Counted from the first letter of the whole stretch, positions 12,891 to 26,205 are shown. The stretch: 63,938 nt of DNA, filler included, from Octopus bimaculoides (GCF_001194135.2; 8 parts of 8 records of this genome joined end to end with filler, not necessarily neighbours in it); one strand, 5' to 3'. Program-made: numbers and translations. Notes: generated from the letters alone by a model not told the origin.

Positions 12891-13185
12891 AAGCATTTTT
12901 TTCCTTCATGATCTTTGACAACTATATCTGGTCTATTTGCCTTAATTTCTCTATCTGTGTGTATTGGCATATCCCAGAGTATGGTTGCTTTCTCGTTTTC
13001 TGTGACCTATTCTGGCGTGTGTTTATACCATGTTTTTTCTGTTGTTATTCCATAGTGTTGGCATAGCTTCCAGTGTATATAGGTCCCAGGTCTGTCTTGT
13101 CTGTGAATATATTCCTTCTTAGCCAGGACTGGGCAGCCAGAGATAATATGATTTATTGTTTCTTGTCCATCTCCACATATTCTAC
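12891..13185 (-). mobile_element. RLE-type non-LTR retrotransposon C-terminal fragment (R4/Dong-like)
   Basis: CRICGDGQETINHIISGC (CCHC knuckle) ... RPDIVVKD (PD-(D/E)xK endonuclease), flanked by (ATT)n on both sides. Confidence 0.85.
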
Positions 13186-13193
13186 TATTATTA

Positions 13194-13264
<71 letters not shown>

Positions 13265-13480
13265 GTTGTTATTATTTATATTATTATTATTATTGGTGAG
13301 CCAAGCTGTATCGGCCTTTGCCTTTCCCTTGGATAACACTGGTGGCGTGGAGAGGGGAGGCTGGTATACATGGACGACTGCTGGTCTTCCAAAAACAACC
13401 TTGCCCGGACTTGTGCCTCCGAGGATAACTTTCAAGGTGCAATCCCATGATCATTCGTGGCCGAAGGGAGTCTCCGGTGA

Positions 13481-13529
<49 letters not shown>

Positions 13530-15317
13530 CATGATGATCATCATTATCAGTAGTAGTAGCAGCAACAGCAGCAATTAAAGAAGGAGGAGGAGGAGGACGA
13601 GGAGGACGACGACGACAACGATTACGTGAACGCGCAAGTTTACTTGCGTCTCTATGCTAGTAGAAACTGACGGATGGAAAATCAAGACAGACAAACGGCA
13701 GCAAAATCGTTCAGAAATCAAATAACACTAACGTATTTTTATATTATTTATATTACAAACATATTAACACTTTACAGTATACTTACCTTTATACGTACTT
13801 CTATACATCGATTTAAAACGACAGGAATATCCAAGGAAAGCCGGAATTTAAGAGAAGAGCAGACCAAAAGGTCTGATGCTATTCATTTAAAAATTATTCA
13901 GTAGTACTTTTTATTATTACCTCCGCTTTTGAAACTATTTTGAATTGTGAATTTGTTAATTTTGGCTTGTTTTACATAAGGATAAACTATTTAGTTCTGT
14001 TACTAAATTTTCTACAGCCATCTTCACATTACTTGACTACCATTGGGATTGATCAAGTACCGGGCAAGGATTCTGATTTTTTATTTTCGGTTTTTACTTA
14101 ACTTTTAAGAGCGGTCAGGTTTATTTTTAGTATTCTCCTTTATGAGAGCAGTCGAGTTTATTTAAGATATTCTTATTTTAAAAATCATAGCTGGCAAATC
14201 GTTGAGAGGACGTTGATGTTGTCTTCGCGCAGTTTTGCCCTCTCTGGGTGCTCTTTTTCGTAATGAATTGCGAAGGAAAGCAGGAGACCGCTCCAAACTT
14301 TGCATTCCATATTGATGATGATGATGATGAAGACGTTGATGATGATGATGAAGATGTTGATGATGATGATGATGATTTCCAATGGAAACGTAAATCCTTA
14401 TCATTACCGTCAAAACAATGATGGTCGTCGATTGCTTGTGATTTTGTACTTGAATAAAGGAATAAGTGTTCATATGTTCAGATAATAATAGGAATTGGAA
14501 CTACGTGGAACCATGACACAATGTGAACCTTATGATGTTAATATTGTATTGCTGTCGGGCCTTGAGTCAAGAGTATAAAAGAATGTTGTATTTCTGTATA
14601 TTCGTATATATAAATATACGTATGCCTTTACATATATGATGGACTTTCCCTTCGAAAATGAAGTGTGAGTGTTCAACTTTTCTAGAACGACCTGTACAAA
14701 TGCTTAGCTTATACTCATCAAATGTATGTACAGAACACGAGCTCTCTTCCTTCAGCAAATTGACATTGCGAGATGTGTACTGCATGCCACACGTCAGATT
14801 TCAAAACATCGCAGAACAATGTGAGATGAAGTATTTCGCTCAAGAACTCAACGCTCCACCCGTTTTAGGAATGGAAGCGAAAATCTAACTCATGCGCCTC
14901 ACACACATACACACGCACGCATTTAAATATATGTGTGTGTGTGTGTGTGCTTGTGTGCGTGTCTGTGTGTATATGTGTATGTATATATGTATCATCCATA
15001 CATAAATGTATGAGGATATGTGTGTGTGTTTGTGCGTGCACATATTTGCATATTCTTATATGGCAGTATTGCGGCAGTTGTAAAATTAGTGTTGCTGTGA
15101 TAATAAAGCGAATGGTGGCTTTTAATTTCTATCTTTATGAGAAGGTTTTCTCTTTGATATCTTTGAAAATATGTTTCTTTTATTTCTATGCTTCAGTTCA
15201 TGAAATGAAGTTATCTGAAGCAATAATACTATAAACATTTTAACATTTAATGGATGAATAAATATTAGACGTAATGTATAAATTTATGTTTTAAATCTAC
15301 GAAATTTAGGAGAGACG

Positions 15318-16288
15318 TAAGTCAGTTACATCGACCCCCAGATCACAGTTTGTACTTATTTTTTCAAGCCCAAATGGACGATTGGGAAATTTGATCACGG
15401 TGGAATTTGAACTCAGAGCGTAAAGACGGAAAACATGCCGCTAAGTATTGTACCCTTTGTACTAATAATTCTGCCAACTCATTGCCTTATGATGTAAAAA
15501 TAATGGTTTTAAGTTATGGGTCATGGCCAGCAGCTTCAGGAATGGGCTAAATCGATTGCATTGACCCCAGTGTTCAGGCTGTACTTAGTTCATCAGTCCC
15601 GAAAGAATGACACCCAAAGTCAAACCTTGTGGAATTTGAACTCCGAAATGCAGCTAAGCACTTTGCAAGGCCGTGCTAATGATTCTTTAACTCACCACCT
15701 TTCATGATTTATAAATATTCTTTACTACTCTATGCACAAGGCCCGAAATTTCTGGGAAGGGGACCAGTCGATTAGATCGACTCCAGTATGCAATTGTACT
15801 TAATTTATCGACCGCGAAAGCTGTAAGGCAAAAACGATTTCTGCACAATTTTAACTCAGAATGTAAGCACAGACGAAATACCTATTTCTTTACTGCCCAC
15901 AAGGGGCTACACACAGAGGGGACAAACAAGGACAGACAAACGGATTAAGTCGATTATATCGACCCCAGTACGTAACTGGTACTTAATTTATCGACCCAGA
16001 AATGATGAAAGGCAAAGTCGACCGCGGCGGAATTTGAACTCAGAACGCAGTGGCAGACGAAATACCGCTAAGCATTTCGCTCGGCGATTATGTATAGATA
16101 CACTTTTCCACTCTAGGCACAAGGCCCAAACTTTTTGGGGAGGGGGCAGTCGAGTAAATCGAGCTCAGTATATAACGGGTACTTAATTTATCGACCTCGA
16201 AAGGATGAAATGCAAAAACGATCTCGGCGGAATTTTGAACTCAGAACGTAAAAACAGACGATATACCGCTAAGCATTTCGCCCGGCGA
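15318..16288 (-). mobile_element. Cluster of five same-orientation SINE family B copies (Meta-domain-like)
   Basis: Each copy carries the reverse complement of TTCTGAGTTCAAATTCCGCCGAGGTCGACTTTGCCTTTCATCCTTTCGGGGTCGATAAATTAAGTACCAG. Other copies at about 775-960, 6078-6250, 26010-26160, 27280-27495, 30445-30635, 30950-31105, 31915-32100, 36505-36720, 41660-41790, 50330-50500 and 63245-63400. Confidence 0.8.
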
Positions 16289-16767
16289 AGATGTATAAAT
16301 ATTGAAAACCTGTTAATGTGTGCATTAATGTTTCAGAAATGTTTTTAATTTTATTACACTATTAGTTCATTCACCTGGATTGCTTGTATGCTGCACTGCA
16401 ATGATGTACTTCTGTACAGATTATTAGTTCTATACTTTGTATGACTTTTACCTCTACAATGATATATTTCAGTTCGTAATCTGTTATCTTCTTTTCATTC
16501 TACATGTTTTCCTCACAAATGTACTGCCAAGCTGATAACCTACTTTGAAGGACTTAGCCGATCTAAACAAAATCACTACTAATATTACCAAGTCCGAAAT
16601 AATGTCCAAACTTTATTCTGTCGGTTTCCTGATGCAGCACTACTACGTTACAGGGGTTTAAATAATCCAACACTAATCGTCAAGCGGTGAGACACAGACA
16701 CATACTATGTGTGTTTGTATATATATATGTGTATATATATATATGTGTGTGTGCATATATGTATATA

Positions 16768-16812
<45 letters not shown>

Positions 16813-17068
16813 NNNNNNNNNNNNNNNNNNNNNNNNNNNNNNNNNNNNNNNNNNNNNNNNNNNNNNNNNNNNNNNNNNNNNNNNNNNNNNNNNNNNNNNN
16901 NNNNNNNNNNNNNNNNNNNNNNNNNNNNNNNNNNNNNNNNNNNNNNNNNNNNNNNNNNNNNNNNNNNNNNNNNNNNNNNNNNNNNNNNNNNNNNNNNNNN
17001 NNNNNNNNNNNNNNNNNNNNNNNNNNNNNNNNNNNNNNNNNNNNNNNNNNNNATATATGTATATATTG

Positions 17069-17107
<39 letters not shown>

Positions 17108-17887
17108 TGGTTTGACTGTGTATAGATAAAAACAATTTGATTCAGGTAACTCCCAATAAATCATTTGAGTACCCTTCTTTCGTTAGTCTGATAATTATAC
17201 TGAAGAGTGTAATGTAATATTTATTACTGTGCGTGAAATCTTAAGATGTAGGATTATCCAAAATTTTGTAACTCTTCATGCTCGCATTGGGGCTTAGATT
17301 GCAAATAAAGAACAAATTTAGAGTAGTTTCTAGATATTTGACATCTACTTCTATCGTATATGCGAAGGCGTCCCAGCGACCTTAATTATAATGATAGTTT
17401 TATAATCATTTACTTCAAAAACAATATATATATATATATATATATAGAATGTTCTCTAGGGAAATTCAGCGCACACCAGTACATGAACGAGCAAGACAAA
17501 TGAAAATATACGAAGTGAAGAATTAATCTTTTGTGGTTTGACCGTAGATGGTCTATCTCTAGCATAAAGGTTGTCCACTTAGTGGTCATCCCTCCTCATA
17601 TGTATGTAATATAATTTTTCTGAATTTTCACAATTTTCTTTATGCTAGGCTACTGGTTTTAAATTGGTGTTAATTAAATTAATATCCAATTTATCACACT
17701 TATTTATACATATATATATATATATATAACACTAGCAGAGATGTTCTAATATAAAACTTTTCGTTATATATTACAGGAAAACAGCAAAATATGTTGTGTA
17801 GAAATTTGTTATTCAAAATTCAATTTATTCTACAATGGGGATAAAATTTATCGTTTAATCCGGAAATTAATTCTGAATTTATAATAG

Positions 17888-17946
17888 AAAAGAAGAAGAA
17901 GAAGAAGAAGAAGAAGAAGAAGAAGAAGAAGAAGAAGAAGAAGAAG

Positions 17947-17977
<31 letters not shown>

Positions 17978-18065
17978 GGAAGAAGATGAAGAAGAAGAAG
18001 AAGAAGAAGAAGAAGAAGAAGAAGAAGAAGAAGAAGAAGAAGAAGAAGAAGAAGAAGAAGAAGAA
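17888..18065. repeat. (GAA)n tract of about 60 units
   Basis: Direct reading; two interruptions. Confidence 0.95.
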
Positions 18066-18854
18066 ATTCAAAATTTCACACTTTTATGAAAGGAGATAAA
18101 TTCTCTCACATATGTTGAAGGAAATTACGCAAGAGCTTCTAGGTAAACAACATGCTTTGTTTTCCGGTTTGGAATATACACAAAATATGCCTTGCAAACT
18201 ACCAACCCCGGAAACCAGTAGATTTCAAAATCTGACCTTGAGCCTTATTAATGGAGATTGCGAAGCAACGTCGTACTAAGAATTATGTTCGTTTGAACTC
18301 AAATGGCCAGTCTGTGAGTTTGGTTGGAATTCTAAGAATGAAAACCCTTTCCCCAGCAGCACATCCAGTGATCATGGTAGTTTCTATCACATTCGCTGAT
18401 AATGTCTTGATATTCAACCCTGTCCCGTTGCATTTTCTTTTGTTAAGATAGGTCTGTGACCATTCTCTAGGAGAACACTCAGATGAATGATGGCTGGGTA
18501 CCTCTCATGGATGGGAAAATTAAAGATACGCAAAAAATACTCATTGTTACTTATGTATCTTCTTGTAACTGATGTTTAAATAATCTAAAACTTAAATATG
18601 TATATACATATATTAATCTAAATTTCTATAATTAATCTATCAATTAATTAATTTATTTATTTAAAACAATTTCGTAGTTTAATCTTATTTTAAATATGGA
18701 ATATGACCATTTTACTACAACAAATTATATCTACAAGAATTAGTATCATAAANNNNNNNNNNNNNNNNNNNNNNNNNNNNNNNNNNNNNNNNNNNNTTAA
18801 TTAATTAANNNNNNNNNNNNNNNNNNNNNNNNNNNNNNNNNNNNNNNNNNNNTC

Positions 18855-19226
<372 letters not shown>

Positions 19227-20339
19227 TTTAAAGTGAAAAAAAACAGAACCGACGTATACGACAGGTATGTAAAATATATTTGTGTACTTTTTCTGTTTAT
19301 TCTTAATCTTCGTGTTTTTGCAAGATTGAAAAAAATGTCTCGGAAAGCTAACATTTTAAATTCTTGGGGAAGAGACAGGGTGCCTGCGCCGAGTCTGCCC
19401 TTTATAGTTTCTATATTTAACCGTGCGTGTATATTCCTATTTTTGCTTCTGTTCTCTTCTACTTCTCTACTAGAAACGTTTACTTTGGAATATACTTCTA
19501 TTGAGAAAAAAAAATCGTGTGCATGTTATTTTTAACGTAAGTTTTCAAAAACCGGCCTTTGAACTTTTAAGCGTTGAACATTAGAAGATCTTTGCTCATA
19601 AGTTTGCTGGGTCAAAGCTGACCTGGGGTTAAAGAACAATATCTAGCGATAGATTCGTGTATTGACTATCGTCATCCAGTATGCTAAAAATAGCAGTTAC
19701 AATCCTTGTTACGATGTAAAGTTTGTTATTAAAAGTGTATAACAATATTGAAGAACAGACATTTCTTCAAACAAATGGTGGTAAACTAGCTGAATCGTTA
19801 GAGCGTCAGAAACACTGCATTATAATATCGCTTATTACTCTTCATGTTCCGTGTTCAAATTCCCTCGAGGTCAGTTACGTTTTTTTGTTTTTTTTCCGGG
19901 GGTTTAGTACTTGTCTGGTAGGAATGTCGATGGTAACTCCTAAAGCATTTGTTGGAATTTTGTCACATCAGCTAAACCAATGAAAAGAATGGTATGTAAG
20001 GTGGGGGTAAAAAAAAGAAGTGCTGACATCTATAACATGATGAAACAAGGTTTCGAAAATCTATAAATTTGTGCATAAAAAAGAAAAAGAAAAATTATAT
20101 ACATTTTTAAACTATGAAAATTTCAGGGTCCTGCTAATTAATATTATTGTGCTTTTTTAAATTTCACATTAATATTTTGTATTTAAGTTGCCCTTCTGCA
20201 GTCTCTTTACGTTATTTCCGTTACTTTATTCCCGTTGAAATACGTTGTGTTCGGTTCAATTGATTTTGAAAATAATGAAGAAATTAGTTAAATAATTTTG
20301 CCATTGTTAAGATGGTGTTTAGAGCGTCATTGTCATCAT

Positions 20340-20560
20340 GTTTCGTACGCCAACAGCGATGACCGATTAAGCACAAGTTCTCCGGCTGCCTTGTCTCTCT
20401 TATTCAACCAGCTTGTGATATTGTCCATCCGTTGCGTTCTTTGCCTGTTTTCTGATCTACTACCCAATATTCTTCCTTCCATAATAATGTTTTCCAGACC
20501 CTTTAATTTAAATCATTTAATCCAAAGTGGGGTTCAAACATCGTCCGGGTCAACTTTACT
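20340..20560 (-). mobile_element. RTE-like LINE ORF2 C-terminal remnant
   Basis: KGLENIIMEGRILGSRSENRQRTQRMDNITSW resembles the RTE C-terminal motif LE..I.EG...G.R..GR.R..W.DNI..W. Confidence 0.5.
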
Positions 20561-20749
20561 TCTCATTCAGACTTGGTCGAGGAAGCACAACCCACGTAAT
20601 GGATTTGATTCAGTGGAATTTGATTCGGTAATTGTATTATTAGCATCTTTCATTGTAAATAGCCAATACAAAATATCGGGTCCGACAATAAATATTAAAG
20701 TTAAAGGTTCAGTTATTATTCACACAGCCAACACATCTCACATCGCTAT

Positions 20750-21123
20750 TGTTTTTTGTTGGCACTCCGTCGCTTACGACGTCGAGGGTTCCAGTTGATC
20801 CGATCAACGGAACAGCCTGCTCGTGAAATTAACGTGCAAGTGGCTGAGCACTCCACAGACACGTGTACCCTTAACGTAGTTCTCGGGGATATTCAGCGTG
20901 ACACAGTGTGACAAGGCTGACCCTTTGAATTACAGGCACAACAGAAACAGGAAGTAAGAGTGAGAGAAAGTTGTGGTGAAAGAGTACAGCAGGGTTCGCC
21001 ACCATCCCCTGCCGGAGCCTCGTGGAGCTTTAGGTGTTTTCGCTCAAGAAACACTCACAACGCCCAGTCTGGGAATCGAAACCGCGAGTCCGCTGCCCTA
21101 ACCACTGGGCCATTGAGCCTCCA
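20750..21123 (-). mobile_element. SINE family C, full length, perfect 13-bp TSD
   Basis: CTCACATCGCTAT at 20737-20749 and 21124-21136 flanks a full reverse-complement copy. Confidence 0.9.
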
Positions 21124-21515
21124 CTCACATCGCTATAGTACAACACCAACAAGAACACCACAACAATGATGATAAAGCTATCCATTGCGACATTGGTGAT
21201 TCAGATGTTCACAATATATTATTATTGACCACTTCAACACAAGCGACCAAGCAACATCGCGACTTGTTCAAAATTTTATAAGTATAAAATGTATAGGAAA
21301 ACGTATTTGTCGTTAGTTAATAAAATCGTTTATTCAGCAGACAAACCTTTCGAAAATGCTTGAGAACTGCGTATAAGGGATCTTTAATATAAGGGAACTA
21401 TTGCACTTCGCAGTAACTAGACTTGCTAAAAGCGGCAGCCATATCTCCCTCAAATTAAACCCAGCCACCTTATCGAAATGGACGGATACATTTCGTAGCG
21501 TAGTCCATTGTATAT

Positions 21516-22960
21516 ACAGAGTTTGAGGGATATTCGAGGAGACTTTTGGTAATTTAATAAAACATCTCTAATCTAGCAAGAACCAAACGTGTTTTAATAA
21601 CATTTTGTGTACATTCTCTCGATAAGCCTTCTTATAAGATTATTCTCTAAATCCACCTTCGGCTTCGATGACTGCTTCAATGCCGGACCGGAATCATTGA
21701 CACGACACCACTAAATGTTCCGTATTAATTTCAGACATTACCTGGAAAATGGCAGCCTTTAGTGAAGCTATCGTATTGTGAAGATGTCGATTAGCCTCTC
21801 TTTCGACAACATTCTAAACGGAGTAGTCGATGGGATTTAAATCTGGCAAGTTTGAATCTGACAAGTTTGGTGTTACATGGTCATAATGATTGTCTTGCAT
21901 TCATTCTTGGATTATGTAGACCGTTTGAGAAAGCACTGAGTCTTGTTGGATCTCGTATGGCCTTCCACTGTCTCCAGTAATTTAACGTATCCAGTAGCAT
22001 TAATTCTAATGCTCCGAGGAGAGATGTGAGGTGGCATAACATGACCTTTGTTACTAACCACTTTCAAAATCATCGCAGTTGCTGGAAACTCAGGGTGCAT
22101 CATTCTGCAGACAGCATAAGGGTCTGCACATAAGCATCTGCCATTTCTTCTGTTAGTCTTGGACTTGGTCGAAGTCTATCGAATTAGAGAAGAACCAAGG
22201 CATATTACGCTCACAAGAGGTTTTAATCTTATTATGTCACCACTCGGCACGGATCCAACGGTTATCCGATGTCTTTGCAGACATGAATCGGCCCCTCCTC
22301 ACGACATACGACTCGTATCGAATGTCCCCGTGCACTACAGTTCTAATTGTTCATTTCAATTCCTGAAGTTCTTTGGCAATGACCCGCATTAATTTTCCGG
22401 TATTATCAACGATAGTGGAGGCGCAAAGGCCCAGTGGTTAGGGCAGCGGACTCGCGGTTTCGATTCCCAGACTGGGCGTTGTGAGTGTTTCTTGAGCGAA
22501 AACACCTAAAGCTCCACGAGGCTCCGGCAGAGGATGGTGGCGAACCCTGCTGTACTCTTTCACCACAACTTTCTCTCACTCTTACTTCCTGTTTCTGTTG
22601 TGCCTGTAATTCAAAGGGTCAGCCTTGTCACACTGTGTCACGCTGAATATCCCCGAGAACTACGTTAAGGGTACACGTGTCTGTGGAGTGCTCAGCCACT
22701 TGCACGTTAATTTCACGAGCAGGCTGTTCCGTTGATCGGATCAACTGGAACCCTCGACGTCGTAAGCGACGGAGTGCCAACAACAACGATTATAAACGAT
22801 GTTTTGAATCTGTCGGACGAATTGCGATAACTTCAGAGTTTCGGAACTTTTAGAATATTTTTTTTCTCTGTGTGATACAGTTGAAACGTTCTCATTAGTG
22901 GCTTCCAATTCCATCCAAAATTTGTGTACAAAATTCACACACACACACACAACATTTACA
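21516..22960 (-). mobile_element. Decayed Tc1/mariner (maT/DD37D-like) transposon, split by a SINE
   Basis: TIRTVVHGDIRYESYVVRRGRFMS..., HPEFPATAMILKVVSNKGHVMPPH, PDLNPIDYSV*NVVERE and FRSGIEAVIEAEGGF, with several stops and frameshifts. Confidence 0.85.
22416..22790 (+). mobile_element. SINE family C, full length, inserted into a mariner transposase
   Basis: Near-identical to 20750-21123 in the opposite orientation; short duplication CAACGAT/AACGAT on both sides. Confidence 0.9.
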
Positions 22961-23277
22961 TCACACATTCCCAGTCCATCAAAATTTAGACATCATTAAC
23001 CAAACCGCAATAATTACGAACAATACAGAACTAACAAAACACGTATACAACCACACAGATATCACACTCAGCGATTTCATCACACCAACAAACTACTCGC
23101 TGACACATAAAATTCAGCCCAACAACAAAACATACATACAGCGCTATAAAAAGATTAGATATTCTGATGGAGAAAGGACTTTCGGGAGAAATATCTTCTT
23201 TAGGCACATGGCCCGAAATTTTGGGGGTGGGGGCCATTCGATCAGATCGACCCCAGTACACAACTGGTACTTAATTC

Positions 23278-23432
23278 ACCGTCATTGTATCGAACATCAG
23301 GCACGTAGATCTGGTCGGCACTGCTCCAAAAGATTACGAGGTGGTGACAGGAGCAAAAATTAACCGAGAAATGTCAATGGGCCTGCAGCTGGGCACCTGG
23401 AGTGACAAGTCTATGCCGTTCAATAACGTCCT
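23278..23432 (+). mobile_element. Tx1/L1-clade RT fragment
   Basis: TVIVSNIRHVDLVGTAPKDYEVVTGAKINREMSMGLQLGTW, containing the GAKIN..KS-type motif of RT domain 6-7. Confidence 0.7.
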
Positions 23433-23532
23433 NNNNNNNNNNNNNNNNNNNNNNNNNNNNNNNNNNNNNNNNNNNNTTAATTAATTAANNNNNNNNNNNN
23501 NNNNNNNNNNNNNNNNNNNNNNNNNNNNNNNN

Positions 23533-23570
<38 letters not shown>

Positions 23571-24224
23571 AATTGTAAAAAAAATTTTTTTATGCATTTT
23601 GATAGAATTAATATTTTCAGCAAATTTAATTAATTCTAGTTTTTGTTGAAATATTAATGTTTTTGAAAATGCAAAATGGCAGAATAAAGGGAAGATGAAG
23701 TGAACTGTTATTATAATTGAGAAAGTATACATATATCTGTATTATTTTTTATCACTGCTCATTTCGTATCTTCTTTAGCCCTCTCACATCACAGTAGGAG
23801 TTCCTGGAAATCAAAGAAAGATGACAGCTTTTGTTAATTATGCATGGTTTAATATATCTGGAAAAAGTAGAGGATACATTTTTCCCTATAAGATTATGCT
23901 AGATTGAACAAAATTATTTTGAAATAAAGTAAGAAACTGTGATAAGAAAATATTGGCAGGTCTGCAAATTATGAATACAGTGTTAGTATTAAAAAGAAAA
24001 AAAAGGAAAGAAACAGGATAGTAATGGATAGTTGTTTGGTGATGGGGTTAATTGGCTGAGAGGTTTAACTCATTCAGAAATTTAATCAGGAGCTTCTCTT
24101 GGAAATTATGTTTCTTTTTGAAATATGCTAAATTGAATAATTTGCCTTGTATCTTTTTTCTTTTATCAAAAAACTATTCCTTATGATATTTCAGTGTTAA
24201 ATTTAAAGTTATATCATTTCACAG

Positions 24225-24416
24225 GATAGAGCCACTGCTTTCACAGATTCAAACCAATTCAACTACTGTAGTCTGTCCAGAAATAGACAATATAAATTAT
24301 GCTACCATGTCATATGAGCATACTGGTAGTTTTGTTGTTGGAGGGTTTTGGTGGAATTTACTCTTTACTTGGCAAAGAATTCCTGGATATCAAAATTTTG
24401 ATGTGAAACCTGTTAG
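24225..24416 (+). CDS. GALNT: Internal coding exon of a polypeptide N-acetylgalactosaminyltransferase (GALNT / ppGalNAc-T, GT27), catalytic domain
   Basis: Bounded by ...tttcacAG| (24223-24224) and |GTaatt (24417); 192 bp, phase 2 at both ends, no stops. Translates to (W)IEPLLSQIQTNSTTVVCPEIDNINYATMSYEHTGSFVVGGFWWNLLFTWQRIPGYQNFDVKPV(R/S). This matches the conserved GALNT segment WLEPLL..I......VVCP.ID.I.......Y......GGF.W.L.F.W that lies between the DxH motif and the SPTMAGG motif. The paralogue cannot be assigned. Confidence 0.93.
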
Positions 24417-25780
24417 GTAATTACTTCAATTATACAAGTACGAATATATTGCTTCATGCTTAATGATAATTTTAGATTCAATCTTTCTTCTTTGCATAAT
24501 CATAAAAGAAAATCCATGACTTTTGCTTGTGTTCATTTTTGTATTCCTTTACTTTGGTTTCAAATAACTATTGTGTATTTCATTTATTTGTCACTATCAT
24601 ACATTAAAGAACTGTATTTTTCATTAATTGTACTTGATTTACTATGCAGAGCTAGATGTACTTGTTTAAAACTTTTATAAATACTAGCAGAAAGACTGCC
24701 TTCTGGGTGATTTTCTGCTAGCCCCTTGATAATATTTTCACAATTCTAATAATTTTTATATTTTACGTCTCATTATTTCTTTGTATAATAGTGCTCACTT
24801 ACTTAGCAAGTATTGCTTTCATTATTTTATCACAGTCATAATCTCTCTTTTTTAAACAAACATCATGGTAGTCCAACAACAGAGGGAGAAGCAATTTCTC
24901 AAGTTTTACCTTCTCTTCAAAGCAACATAGAGATTTCACTTCAGCAGCCCTTCTGTAAACATTGCAGTATGTGTGTGAGAGAGAGAGAGAACATTGCAAA
25001 CAATGAATGAAATAAACATGAAATGAAAAAATCGTATAAATAAAAGAGCATTATTACAGGTGTATACACCCCTGAATTTTTTTGCTTCATGACATCCAGA
25101 AAAATGGATACTTGTTAATAAAATTTTATATAAATACCACTTAGATGTTACAGTTTCAGAGAATATAGGGATTTATGAGAAAGAATTTTTCCAGGGGATG
25201 GAGAGAGAAGTTTTAGAAAATTCACTTGACCTGAGTTTTATCCCTCATAACTTTCAGAAAGATGGGTATCTTCGAATGTAAATTTATACAAATCCCTTTC
25301 AAATGGCATAGATTATGATTATAAAGAAATTTGTGGGGAAAATTTTTTCAGAGATTTTCCTCGTTTTTTTGTAAACCACAGACTTCGAAATGATTGGGTG
25401 GGAGTGGGGACATACTTGTATGAAAAAGTTTTGTGGCGATGGGAAATTATTCTCAATGCAAATATATATATACTTTTTCCAGTGATGAAAAGTCATTGAT
25501 CTCGAAAAAGTGGAAACAAGAAATAATAAATCTCTGAGCAAGATATAAACAGTAGCTGCACGACATCGTGAAGTATATTTGCCACCTAAATATGGCTAAC
25601 CCTTCAGGGTTGATGCTACTATAGCTTGTGGCCCCAGGAAGATATCTCCTCCAGCTGGCTATTGACACACTATCTGTGCCNNNNNNNNNNNNNNNNNNNN
25701 NNNNNNNNNNNNNNNNNNNNNNNNTTAATTAATTAANNNNNNNNNNNNNNNNNNNNNNNNNNNNNNNNNNNNNNNNNNNN

Positions 25781-25971
25781 GGCGATTCATGTAAAGACAA
25801 CAAAATAATGGGTTTCTTTAGATTAAGCTTTATTTGCAAAATACAGTCGCTTTGAATTTGCTTCAGAAAGAGGTCTGTGTTTGTGATGGTTAGTTGGGTT
25901 GGGGGTGGGCGCTAGGAATGTGACCTGGGTGTCAAGGGCGGGGGTAGCCCAAAAATGTTTGGGAACCACTG
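25781..25971. mobile_element. hAT (Charlie-like) MITE, right part
   Basis: Ends in TTTGGGAACCACTG followed by TTCTATAG; 25781-25919 is near-identical to 30812-30950. Confidence 0.7.
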
Positions 25972-26164
25972 TTCTATAGGCATGTCTTGTTGAAAGGGTC
26001 ATGTTGATTACATTGACACCAATGCTCAACTGATGCTTGTTTTATCAACACTGAAAGGGAAGAAAGGCGAAGCCAACCTTGCTGGGATTTGAACTCAGAA
26101 CATAAAGCTAGAAAACATGCTGTTAAGCATTTTGGTTTTGCATGCTAATGTTTCTGCCTAAATA

Positions 26165-26205
<41 letters not shown>

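Noticed and set aside
14162-14473. Minus-strand ORFs next to a (GAT)n tract as a first exon
   Set aside because: No recognisable domain or convincing splice donor, and part of the ORF is microsatellite.
20298-20798. 166-aa plus-strand ORF
   Set aside because: It is antisense to an RTE-like remnant and runs into a SINE; no motif.
22416-22480. tRNA genes at SINE heads (A and B boxes)
   Set aside because: No complete cloverleaf, and each continues into a multi-copy SINE body with tail and TSD.
24860-24975. SPTTEGEAISQV...NIEISLQQPFC as the next GALNT exon (SPTMAGG...ENLEISF)
   Set aside because: Motif spacing is much too short, the GGL and WGGE residues are absent, and there is no suitable acceptor.
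25140-25285. Open frame ...GIYEKEFFQGMEREVLENSLDLSF as a GALNT-like exon
   Set aside because: Only a superficial resemblance; conserved residues are missing and the frame ends in a stop.
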